Positions 44,302 to 52,581 of a stretch of DNA of 64,000 nucleotides are shown here, piece by piece. The notes under the pieces were generated by a model. That model was not told where the DNA came from and did not search any database. It was given only the letters and a program-made list of their open reading frames with translations. Position numbers and translations under genes: made by a program. The stretch comes from Coriobacteriales bacterium (GTDB lineage Bacteria > Actinomycetota > Coriobacteriia > Anaerosomatales > JACRBU01): positions 1,065 to 65,064 of the forward strand of contig JACRBU010000157.1 of the NCBI GenBank assembly GCA_016213085.1. Direction: 5' to 3'. Within the stretch, counting starts at the first letter, position 1, and each line of letters begins with the position of its first letter.

Positions 44302-45455
44302 CGGTCTCACAGCGCGCGCAATCGATCAGGCCATTCGTGGTCATGGACATCGTGGCGCGGGCGAAGAAGCTCGAGTCCGAAGGACGCGATGTCGTGCGCC
44401 TCGAGATCGGCGACCCCGACTTCCCGACGCCCGAGGTCATCACCCGCGCCGCTGAGCGAGCGATGGAGCAGGGGAGCACGCACTACACCCAGTCCGCGGG
44501 CCTTCCTGACCTCAGGAACGCCGTCACGGGTCATTTCGCGTCCCACTACGACGTGGACGTCGACCCGGGCAACATCGTCGTCACGCAGGGCACGTCGCCG
44601 GCGATGCTGCTTCTCTTCGGCGCCCTGCTCGATCCCGGCGACGAGGTGATCATGCCGGACCCGTGCTATCCGGCGTACCCCAACTACGTCTCCTTCCTCG
44701 GAGGTGTTCCAAGACCGATCAGCGTTCGGGCCGAGGACGGCTTCAGGTATCGCGTCGAGGAGGTCCGCGCCGCCATCGGCCCGCGTACCAAGGCCGTGAT
44801 GATCAACTCGCCCGGCAATCCGACGGGGGCCGTACTCGGAGACGCCGACCTTCGGGAACTCGCCGAGCTGGCCGAGGAGACGGGGCTCTGGATCGCGAGC
44901 GACGAGATCTACCACGGTCTCGACTTCTGTGGCCCGGACAGGACCATCCTCCAGTACACCGACCGCGCCTTCGTGCTCAACGGCTTCTCCAAGACCTACG
45001 CGATGACAGGTTGGAGGCTCGGCTATCTCATCGCCCCGCCGGAGTTCGTGCGACCAGCCGAGAAGATCCAGCAGAACTTCTTCCTGGCTGCGAACGCGTT
45101 CGTCCAGCAGGCAGGCGTCGTGGCGCTCACGGAGGCGCAGGACGACGTCGCGATGATGCGCTCGCTCTACGACGAGCGGCGTCGCTACCTCGTGCCGGCC
45201 CTTCGCGAGACGGGCCTGCGGATCGACTCTGAGCCGCGGGGGGCGTTCTACGTCTTCGCGGACGCCTCCGCCTGGTCGAGGGACTCGCTGGAACTCGCGT
45301 ACCGCCTGCTCGACGAGGCAGGAGTCGCGTGCGCGCCGGGAGTCGACTTCGGCCCCGGTGGGGAGGGATTCCTGCGCTTCAGCTACGCCACTGACCTGCT
45401 GCGCCTCGAAGAGGGGGTCCACAGGCTCGCCGAATGGGCGCGCCGCAACGTCTGA
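44298..45455 (+). CDS. PLP-dependent aminotransferase, class I/II
   Basis: 385 aa with NPGNPTG and the Lys motif FSKTYAMTGWRLGY. ATGA overlap with the rSAM gene. Confidence 0.9.
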   Translation: MTVSQRAQSIRPFVVMDIVARAKKLESEGRDVVRLEIGDPDFPTPEVITRAAERAMEQGSTHYTQSAGLPDLRNAVTGHFASHYDVDVDPGNIVVTQGTSPAMLLLFGALLDPGDEVIMPDPCYPAYPNYVSFLGGVPRPISVRAEDGFRYRVEEVRAAIGPRTKAVMINSPGNPTGAVLGDADLRELAELAEETGLWIASDEIYHGLDFCGPDRTILQYTDRAFVLNGFSKTYAMTGWRLGYLIAPPEFVRPAEKIQQNFFLAANAFVQQAGVVALTEAQDDVAMMRSLYDERRRYLVPALRETGLRIDSEPRGAFYVFADASAWSRDSLELAYRLLDEAGVACAPGVDFGPGGEGFLRFSYATDLLRLEEGVHRLAEWARRNV

Positions 45456-45577
45456 CGCGTCGGGCTACGTCACTGCCCTCGGGCGCGGGCGCCGCCCGTC
45501 AGACTTCGGGGCCGCTGGTCGCGTTTAGGTTGTGAAAGGCCCGTTAACAGCCGATACTTACGCGTGGACCGCATCAT

Positions 45578-45593
45578 TGGCAGGCGGCATGCT
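45578..45593 (+). promoter_or_regulatory. Candidate sigma-54 promoter TGGCAG-N5-ATGCT upstream of the PHP gene
   Basis: The GG-N10-GC spacing is satisfied and the site lies 60 nt before the GTG at 45653. It is a weaker match than the two promoters at 53962 and 54402. Confidence 0.3.
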
Positions 45594-45652
45594 CTACGAG
45601 ACCCGGCGCCGCCACGTGGGCCCGCGCCCACGTTCTGGAAGGGGTCAGGCGA

Positions 45653-46372
45653 GTGACATCAGAGGTCTGGGGTAAGGCCGACCTTCACATCCACAGCGAT
45701 CGCAGCGACGGGCTCGCAGCTATTCCAGAGATCATGGAGTACGTGCAGCGCCAGACCGATCTCAGCGTCATCGCAATCACTGACCACAACACCATCGAGG
45801 GCGCGGTCGAGGCGCACGCGATGGCTTCCGACTACGACTTCGAGGTCATCATCGGGTCGGAGATCTCCTCGCAATCGGGCCACATCATCGGCCTGTACCT
45901 TGATGAGGACGTTCCGGCCGGACTCACCGCGCACGAGACGATCGCCCGCATCCAGGAACAGGACGGCATCGCGATCATCGCGCACCCGTTCTCCCAGAAG
46001 GGCGTCTTCGGCCCCTTCGGCACGAGGGCGCTGACTCACGCGGCAAGCGAGATGGCGTTCCACGCGTTCGAGGTGTACAACTCGCTTCCGTTCCTGATCT
46101 GGGCCAACCGGGTGGCCGCGAAGGTGTTCGCGCTCGGCCAGGGCGTCGCCGCGACGGGCGGGTCCGACGCGCACGTGCTCGAAGCGATCGGCAAGGGAGT
46201 TACGCGCTTCCGCGGCACAACCGCCGAGGACTGCCGCCGCTCCATCGACCGCCTCGAGACCCATGCCGAAGCCGGCAGCGGCGGTCTCTCGCTGGCGTGG
46301 CGCTACTTCAGGCGCTACCCGGAGATCCGTCGGATGCACACCCTCAACGCCGAGCGCTGCAAGGGTCGTTAG
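45653..46372 (+). CDS. PHP-domain metal-dependent phosphoesterase
   Basis: 239 aa with DLHIHSDRSDG, ITDHNT, IAHPF and GGSDAH motifs. Confidence 0.85.
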   Translation: MTSEVWGKADLHIHSDRSDGLAAIPEIMEYVQRQTDLSVIAITDHNTIEGAVEAHAMASDYDFEVIIGSEISSQSGHIIGLYLDEDVPAGLTAHETIARIQEQDGIAIIAHPFSQKGVFGPFGTRALTHAASEMAFHAFEVYNSLPFLIWANRVAAKVFALGQGVAATGGSDAHVLEAIGKGVTRFRGTTAEDCRRSIDRLETHAEAGSGGLSLAWRYFRRYPEIRRMHTLNAERCKGR

Positions 46373-46436
46373 GGCGCGCTGCGTTCCGCCCAAGACGGAC
46401 TCGGACGCTCACCGGGCATCCTTCATCCGACCCTGG

Positions 46437-47684
46437 CTACTGCGAAGCTCGCTCTGCGGGAGAGAGCGCCCTCTCCACTCTGTCACGCAGCGCGCTTATC
46501 GCGATCGGATCGTCGCGCCAGGCGGGGAGGACGATGACCGAGACCCAGTCGTCGACGCGGGCTTGTCGCACTGCCATCGGCAGGTCGAGGACGGTGCCGA
46601 TCGACTCGACGGAGTAGACGGCCGGGACCACGAGAATCCGTGAGCATCCGAGGGCGGCCAAGTGCCGAACGGCCGCGGTGACGTCAGGGTCTCGCCATTC
46701 CGACCAACCGATCTTGACGTGTTCAGTGGGGATCCCCTGCTCGACGAGGAGCATGCGAATCCGGCTCACGAACGCGGTCTCGTGCTCATCGAAGCGCGGG
46801 TTGCGCAACTCTCGAAGGTCGGGCTGTCCGTGCGCGACAAGGACGACTCCGGTGGTCTGGACATCGCTGGTAGCGGCCAGCGCGCGATTCGCGACCATCG
46901 TGGCGACCTCGTCAGAGCCCCACAGCGGTTCGGCAAGCGTCACGGTCACGCCGCTCGTGTCGAGGCGCATCGCATCCACCATTCGCAGCGCGGAGTCCAT
47001 CGAGAGGGAATCCGATACCGCGTAGGGAGCGATCACGATGGTGCCGAACCCGCGATCGACGAGTTGCCCGACGGCATCGGGAAGCGATCCCTCTCCCGCG
47101 CACGACGCGGCTTCGGCGTGCAGGGGGCGTCCGGCGTCACTGAACAGAGTCTCGAGCTGCTCGGCGACCTGCCTGAGCTGACGGTACGCGGGGCTTCGGC
47201 CACCGGCGGCACGATAGCGCGCCTTCTGGGCCGTGTAGAGGAAGGGCATGACGCCTATGCCGGCCTCCAGGAGTCCTTCGTCGGTGAGGGACGCGATCTC
47301 GCGAGCCGTGACGCTTGGGCTGTAGGATTCCGGCTCCGTGCATGTGAACAGCGCAACTGCGATTCGCTCGGGCCGGGGGCGATCGGCGAGCCTTCCCCGG
47401 TAGGGGCGTACGTCGGTCGCGAGCTTGTCCAAGAGCGCCGATGCGAGCGCGTAGCCACCGCCAAGGGCAGCCAAGCCGAGAACGAACGCGTAGAGGATGG
47501 CGTCCACGCGGGGATACACATCGTTGATGCGGGAGAAGGCCCAAGCAGAGAGCGCGAGCCCGGCGGCACCGCCGATCGCCACGATGAGTTCGGCTCCGCG
47601 CCGAACGACGAGGACTCCGACGAAGGCAGCGCCCGCGAGAAACGCACCGCCCACAAGAGCTATCCACAGACCGACAGGCACCAC
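46437..47684 (-). CDS. Ferrochelatase-like class II chelatase fused to an N-terminal domain of about four TM helices
   Basis: 415 aa. The first 100 aa or so are hydrophobic helices. The rest follows the ferrochelatase pattern (FLYTAQKARYRAAGGRSPAYRQLRQVAEQL; VVLVAHGQP; WRDPDV...LAALGCSRILVVPAVYSVESIGTVLDL). Confidence 0.6.
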   Translation of the reverse strand: MVPVGLWIALVGGAFLAGAAFVGVLVVRRGAELIVAIGGAAGLALSAWAFSRINDVYPRVDAILYAFVLGLAALGGGYALASALLDKLATDVRPYRGRLADRPRPERIAVALFTCTEPESYSPSVTAREIASLTDEGLLEAGIGVMPFLYTAQKARYRAAGGRSPAYRQLRQVAEQLETLFSDAGRPLHAEAASCAGEGSLPDAVGQLVDRGFGTIVIAPYAVSDSLSMDSALRMVDAMRLDTSGVTVTLAEPLWGSDEVATMVANRALAATSDVQTTGVVLVAHGQPDLRELRNPRFDEHETAFVSRIRMLLVEQGIPTEHVKIGWSEWRDPDVTAAVRHLAALGCSRILVVPAVYSVESIGTVLDLPMAVRQARVDDWVSVIVLPAWRDDPIAISALRDRVERALSPAERASQ

Positions 47685-47741
47685 ACACCTCCATTCGATG
47701 TTGCTTTCCCGCTACATACCTCCTAGAAGCACGTGACAGGA

Positions 47742-47757
47742 ATACCCCACCCGGTAT
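47742..47757. promoter_or_regulatory. ATACCCC-N2-CCGGTAT inverted repeat overlapping the trxA -10; candidate CsoR-family operator
   Basis: ATACCCCACCCGGTAT, with TATAAT at 47755-47760 and GTGACA (-35) at 47733-47738. The left half-site is identical to that of the 48569 operator. Confidence 0.4.
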
Positions 47758-47792
47758 AATGAACGAATAGGTCACGAGAGGAAGGCACGAGC

Positions 47793-48116
47793 ATGAGCAA
47801 AGCGATCGACGTTTCGACCTCGACGTGGGACGCCGAGGTGGGGTCGGCAGACACACCGGTCGTCGTTGATTTCTGGGCACCCTGGTGCGGACCCTGCCGG
47901 ATGGTCGCGCCCGAGCTCGACAAGCTCTCCGGTCGGGTGGGAGACAAGGTCAAGTTCGTGAAGGTGAACATCGACGAGAACCGCGATCTTGCGGTGCGCT
48001 TCGGCGTGATGAGTATCCCGACGATCGCGATGTTCGAGAAGGGAAGCCTCGTCAAGCAAGTGGTCGGGGCGCGAGGCGCCGATGCCCTCGCGAAGGAGTT
48101 CGGCCTGGAGGGGTAG
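47793..48116 (+). CDS. trxA: Thioredoxin
   Basis: 107 aa with WAPWCGPC. Confidence 0.95.
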   Translation: MSKAIDVSTSTWDAEVGSADTPVVVDFWAPWCGPCRMVAPELDKLSGRVGDKVKFVKVNIDENRDLAVRFGVMSIPTIAMFEKGSLVKQVVGARGADALAKEFGLEG

Positions 48117-48169
48117 GCGCGCCCGAACTCAGATGGCGTAGCGTGACAGGGTCGGCCGACCGATCACAC

Positions 48170-48196
48170 AACGCCCCGCGCCCGGCGCGGGGCGTT
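48170..48196. terminator. Bidirectional GC hairpin between trxA and the convergent csoR-family gene
   Basis: AACGCCCCGCGCC-C-GGCGCGGGGCGTT, with 12-13 nt arms and TT/AA flanks. Confidence 0.7.
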
Positions 48197-48220
48197 GCTT
48201 GTGCGAGTGAAGGAGGACCC

Positions 48221-48520
48221 CTACTTCACGCAGGACGAGTACTTGAGGAACACTCGGATCGCCTCGTCGATGACCTCGTCCCGGGTGGTGGCCTCTTCGT
48301 CGATGAGGCATCGCTTCATCGCGTGGCCGATCACATGGAGGCCGACTTGGTTGAGTGCGGACTTCGCGGCCATCACCTGCGTGAGTATCGCGTCGCACTC
48401 CTGCCCGGACTCGATCATCGACTGAAGGCCACGGATCTGACCCTCGAGGCGTCGGAGACGATTGATGATCTTGCGGCGCTCGGCGTCGTCGACGATGGGT
48501 GTGATGCTTTCGGGTGCCAT
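48221..48520 (-). CDS. CsoR/RcnR/CstR-family (DUF156) metal- or thiol-sensing repressor
   Basis: 99 aa with RKIINRLRRLEGQIRGLQSMIE...ECDAILTQVMAAKSALNQVGLHVIGHAMKRCL. Two Cys lie 29 residues apart. Confidence 0.88.
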   Translation of the reverse strand: MAPESITPIVDDAERRKIINRLRRLEGQIRGLQSMIESGQECDAILTQVMAAKSALNQVGLHVIGHAMKRCLIDEEATTRDEVIDEAIRVFLKYSSCVK

Positions 48521-48568
48521 GTGTTGCTCCTGAGCCCGTTGATGTAACGTGATACGGATAGCTTGATG

Positions 48569-48585
48569 ATACCCCCTAGGGGTAT
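48569..48585. promoter_or_regulatory. Perfect inverted repeat ATACCCC-CTA-GGGGTAT in the csoR/CDF divergent region (CsoR-type operator)
   Basis: Seen directly. The G/C-tract palindrome flanked by ATAC/GTAT matches the general form of published CsoR operators. Confidence 0.6.
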
Positions 48586-48587
48586 CA

Positions 48588-49553
48588 GTGACAAACTGGT
48601 GGTGCAGCTTGGGCTACACGCGTTCCATAGGTGAAGATGTCGCATCCGCGCGGATCTCACGGATCCGTCGCATTCTCGCGATCATCCTCGGCCTCAATCT
48701 GATGGTGGCGTTCGCCAAGCTCGGATGGGGCGTTGCCACGGGGTCGAGCGCCATGCAGGCCGACGGCTTCCACTCGCTTTTCGACGGGACGAGCAATGTC
48801 GTAGGGCTCATCGGCATGGGGCTCGCCGCACGCCCTGCCGACAAGGACCACCCCTACGGGCACAGCAAGTACGAGACGTACGCGTCCGCCGCCATCGGAG
48901 CCATGCTGGTCTTCGCCGCGTTCAGGATCGGATCCGAAGCGATCCAGAAGCTCAGCGGCGATGCGCCTCCCCCCACGGTGGACCGAATCTCGTTCGCGGT
49001 GATGTTCGTCACGCTCGCGGTGAACCTGGTCATCACCGTCTGGGAGCGCAGGATCGGCAAGAAACTGAAGAGCGAGATCCTCGTCGCCGATGCGAGCCAC
49101 ACGGCGTCCGATGCCTTCGTGAGCGTCGGAGTCATCATCTCCCTGGTGTTCGTCCAGCTCGGCTACCCAAAGGCCGACCCGATCGTGGCCCTGCTGGTTT
49201 CGGGCGCGATCATCTACACCGCCTGGGGCGTCTTCAAGCAAGCGGGGGAGACCCTGTCCGACCGGTACCGCATCGAGCCGTCAGCGATCTGCGACGCTGC
49301 TTCCGGAGTCGACGGCGTGCTGGGGTGTCACCACGTGAGAACGCGCGGTTCTGAGGCGGAGGTCTACGTCGACCTGCACATCCAGGTGGATCCCGGGCAG
49401 ACCGTGGCGGAGGGCCACGACATCGCCGAGCGAGCTGAGCGCGCGATCTGCGACGCCTTCCCCAACGTGGCCGACGTGATCGTGCACCTCGAGCCGATGG
49501 ATACATACCAGGCGGCCAAGACCGCCCGAGAAGCCGACGCGGGCCTGGCGTAG
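48588..49553 (+). CDS. Cation diffusion facilitator (CDF) metal efflux protein
   Basis: Motifs SSAMQADGFHSLFD and HTASDAFVS, six TM helices and a C-terminal cytoplasmic domain. The GTG at 48588 abuts the operator and has no SD, so the in-frame TTG at 48609 is a more plausible start. Confidence 0.88.
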   Translation: MTNWWCSLGYTRSIGEDVASARISRIRRILAIILGLNLMVAFAKLGWGVATGSSAMQADGFHSLFDGTSNVVGLIGMGLAARPADKDHPYGHSKYETYASAAIGAMLVFAAFRIGSEAIQKLSGDAPPPTVDRISFAVMFVTLAVNLVITVWERRIGKKLKSEILVADASHTASDAFVSVGVIISLVFVQLGYPKADPIVALLVSGAIIYTAWGVFKQAGETLSDRYRIEPSAICDAASGVDGVLGCHHVRTRGSEAEVYVDLHIQVDPGQTVAEGHDIAERAERAICDAFPNVADVIVHLEPMDTYQAAKTAREADAGLA

Positions 49554-49652
49554 CGCCCTCTCGGCGGCCTCGCTGGGACGCGTGAGCTGGCCGGTGGGTG
49601 GTATAATTCTTGCTGTGCAAGCCGTCCGCTTCGGGTGCGAGGAGGGGTCACA

Positions 49653-51050
49653 GTGGAACTGCAACAGCGCCCCGAACTGCGCCAGAAAGTCACGCTCTCT
49701 CCCCAGGTCTACCAGGGCCTGAGTATCCTGGCGATGCCCATCGCCGATCTGCAGCAGATGATCGAAGTCGAGATGCTCGAGAACCCTGTTCTCGAGGTCG
49801 ACGAAACCGAACTCGAGCCGGTCGAAGGCGAGGAAGCCCCGGAAGAGGCTGGCGAGGACGACCGCGAGTGGGACGAGTGGCTCGAGATGTACGAGGATCT
49901 CGAGCAGATCGAGACGACGGGTCCACGCGACCCGAACGCCGAGGAGCCCAACACCGAGGAGTTCGTCGGCGGCGTACAGACCTTCGATGACTACCTTCTC
50001 GGCCAGGTCGGCCTTCTCGATGTCGAGCCAGAAGTCCAGCGCGCCGCCGCTGCGATCATCGGCTCCCTCGACAGCGACGGCTTCTTCGTCGGCTCTCTCG
50101 ACGAGATCGCTCGGGTCGCCGGCGTGACGTCGGTCCAGGCTGCCGAGGGGCTCGAGGTCGTGCAGCAACTCGACCCGCCCGGCGTCGGCGCTCGCGACCT
50201 CGTCGAGGCCCTGTGCCTGCAGATGGAATCGCTCGGCCTCGACGAGCCGATGCTTCTGCGCATCGTCCGAGATCACCTCGACGACGTCGCCGCCAACCAC
50301 TACCGCAAGGTCGCGAGGGCGCTGCGCCTCGACGAGGGCGAGGTGCGACGCCTTGTGCAGGTGCTCAAGAGCCTCAACCCGCGGCCGGCCGGTGCGTTCT
50401 CCCCGGGTCCTTCCCCGGGCTACATCGTCCCTGACGTGACGGTCAGGCGCTTCGAAGGTGAGGACTGGCTTCTCATCCCGAACAACGAGTCGCTCCCAAC
50501 ACTGCGGGTGAGTCCCCGGTATCGGGCGATGCTGAAGAAGGGCGCCACGACCGACGACGAAACCAAGCGCTACCTGAAGGACAAGATCCGTTCGGCGGAG
50601 AGCTTCATCCGCAATGTCGATCGGCGCAAGGACACGGTCTCTCGCATCACGCAGATCATCCTCGAGGTGCAGCGTGACTTCTTCGAGGACGGGAAGGGCC
50701 CGCTGCGTCCGCTTCGTCTCGAGGACGTGGCCGTTGAGCTCGGCGTGCACCTGTCGACCGTTTCTCGCGGCGTGACCGGCAAGTACATGGCGACGCCCTA
50801 CGGCCTCTTCGAGCTGAAGCACTTCTTCAGCGGCGGGTACCGTACGGCGCAGGGCATGGACGTGGCGGCGACCAGCATCAAGCAGCGTCTGCGTGAACTC
50901 GTGAAGGAAGAGGATGCCGTCAAGCCGCTTTCGGACCAGAAGCTCGCAGAGCTGCTCTCCGAAGAGGGCGTGACAGTCGCCCGGCGCACCGTTGCGAAGT
51001 ACCGCGAGGAACTCGGCATTGAGCCCAGTTGGGCAAGGCGCCGCCGATGA
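49653..51050 (+). CDS. rpoN: RNA polymerase sigma-54 factor
   Basis: GTG at 49653 preceded by GGAGGGG. Gln/Leu-rich region I (LRQKVTLSPQVYQGLSIL), an acidic region II, a core-binding region, an HTH and the RpoN box ARRTVAKYREELGI. TGgTATAAT lies at 49599-49607. Confidence 0.92.
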   Translation: MELQQRPELRQKVTLSPQVYQGLSILAMPIADLQQMIEVEMLENPVLEVDETELEPVEGEEAPEEAGEDDREWDEWLEMYEDLEQIETTGPRDPNAEEPNTEEFVGGVQTFDDYLLGQVGLLDVEPEVQRAAAAIIGSLDSDGFFVGSLDEIARVAGVTSVQAAEGLEVVQQLDPPGVGARDLVEALCLQMESLGLDEPMLLRIVRDHLDDVAANHYRKVARALRLDEGEVRRLVQVLKSLNPRPAGAFSPGPSPGYIVPDVTVRRFEGEDWLLIPNNESLPTLRVSPRYRAMLKKGATTDDETKRYLKDKIRSAESFIRNVDRRKDTVSRITQIILEVQRDFFEDGKGPLRPLRLEDVAVELGVHLSTVSRGVTGKYMATPYGLFELKHFFSGGYRTAQGMDVAATSIKQRLRELVKEEDAVKPLSDQKLAELLSEEGVTVARRTVAKYREELGIEPSWARRRR

Positions 51051-52570
51051 GTCCCGATTCGGTCGAGCGAGCCCCTCGCGGCGAGCCTTCCGACGAGCGC
51101 AGAAGACGACGGGCTCGTGACGTTCGCTCGGTGACGATCATCGCGGTCCTGCTGCTCTCGGTGACGATGATCAACATCTTCACGAGCACGAGGGGCCAGG
51201 CAACGTGGCTGAGCGTCTTCTACCGGCAGCTCTACTACATTCCGATCGTGTATGCAGCATTCGTGTTCGGCAAGCGTGGTGGTCTCCTGGCGGCGCTCGC
51301 TGCGGCCATCCCGTTTGGGATCCACGCTCAGGTCTCGCTCGGCGGGCTTCTCAATCCCCCCTACGAGAACTCGATAGAGATCGCCATGTACTTCGCCGCC
51401 GGGCTGCTCTTCGGCATGCTCCGAGACATGGAGAACACCAAGGCGGCTGATTCGCGCGCGGTGTCACAGCAGCTCGAGGAGGCCTACAAGAAGCTCGAAG
51501 AGCGGGCGATCCAACTCATCAACATCCAGGACTACATGCAGTCGATACTGCGTTCTATCACGTCAGGCGTGTTGACGGTCGGACCGGACGGGTCGGTCGC
51601 GACGGCGAATCCCGCCGCCGAGCGGATGCTCGCGATGTCCGAATACGAGATGGTCCCCAAACCCATCGGCACGCTCTTCCGTGAGGATGGCGGCATCGCG
51701 ACCGACGTGTCGAAGGTCCTTGCCGGACGCCTCCCGTTGACACTGCGGGAGATAACGCTCGTGACGAGCTCGGGCAAGGAGGTGCACGCGCAGGTCTCTG
51801 TGTCTCGCATGCGCGCCGTTGGCGGGAAGATCCTCGGGGCGGTCGTGACCCTTGAGGACGTCTCCGACATCCGCGCACTCACAGACCAGCTCATCCGCGC
51901 GGACCGCTTGGCAGCCATGGGCGAACTGACCGCGGGTGTCGCCCACGAAGTGCGCAACCCCCTGGGGGTTATCAGGGCCTCGGTCCAGCTGCTTGAGGAC
52001 GCCGAATACAATAGCGAGCGGATCCACGAGGCGGCCGAGGTCATCAAGCAGGAGATAGATCGTCTCGACCGCGTCATCAAGGCGCTGCTGGACTTCGGCA
52101 GGCCGAGCAAGCCTACGCTCGTACGCACGAACGTCGAAGAGGTGCTGCAGGACGTCGAGTTGTTCACGAACCGATTCGCGAAGCAGTCCGACGTGCGCAT
52201 CATCGAGGAGTTCGCCGGCAACCTTCCGGACGTGGTCGCCGACCCCGATCAGATGAAGCAAGTGTTCCTCAACCTCGTCACCAACGCCGTCCAGGCGATG
52301 GAGGACACCGGGGGAGGGGAGATCATGCTTCGCACCCGGTCCAACGGTGACTTCGTGACGGTCGAGGTTGCCGACAACGGCCCGGGGATTCTACAGGCTG
52401 ACGTCGGGAAGGTCTTCGATCCGTTCTTCACGAAGCGAGCGGAAGGCACGGGGCTCGGCCTGACGATCGTCCATCGAATCATCGATGAGCACGACGGGCA
52501 TATCGAACTGGACAGCTCACCGCAGGGGACTACGTTCACGGTCTCTCTGCCGGTTGCGCTCGAAGACTAG
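51047..52570 (+). CDS. Membrane sensor histidine kinase (multi-TM N-domain, PAS, HisKA, HATPase)
   Basis: The ATG at 51047 overlaps the rpoN stop (ATGA). H-box AHEVRNPLG, with DNGPGI and GTGLGL boxes. Confidence 0.9.
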   Translation: MSPDSVERAPRGEPSDERRRRRARDVRSVTIIAVLLLSVTMINIFTSTRGQATWLSVFYRQLYYIPIVYAAFVFGKRGGLLAALAAAIPFGIHAQVSLGGLLNPPYENSIEIAMYFAAGLLFGMLRDMENTKAADSRAVSQQLEEAYKKLEERAIQLINIQDYMQSILRSITSGVLTVGPDGSVATANPAAERMLAMSEYEMVPKPIGTLFREDGGIATDVSKVLAGRLPLTLREITLVTSSGKEVHAQVSVSRMRAVGGKILGAVVTLEDVSDIRALTDQLIRADRLAAMGELTAGVAHEVRNPLGVIRASVQLLEDAEYNSERIHEAAEVIKQEIDRLDRVIKALLDFGRPSKPTLVRTNVEEVLQDVELFTNRFAKQSDVRIIEEFAGNLPDVVADPDQMKQVFLNLVTNAVQAMEDTGGGEIMLRTRSNGDFVTVEVADNGPGILQADVGKVFDPFFTKRAEGTGLGLTIVHRIIDEHDGHIELDSSPQGTTFTVSLPVALED

Positions 52571-52581
52571 GGGAGGTACGG

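Noticed and set aside
45589-45675. A 28-codon ORF (MLYETRRRHVGPRPRSGRGQASDIRGLG) in the aminotransferase-PHP intergenic region, considered as a possible rSAM precursor peptide.
   Set aside because: It has no SD, its composition is Arg-rich junk-like, and it overlaps the PHP gene's SD and start. It lies downstream of the rSAM operon rather than adjacent to the rSAM gene.
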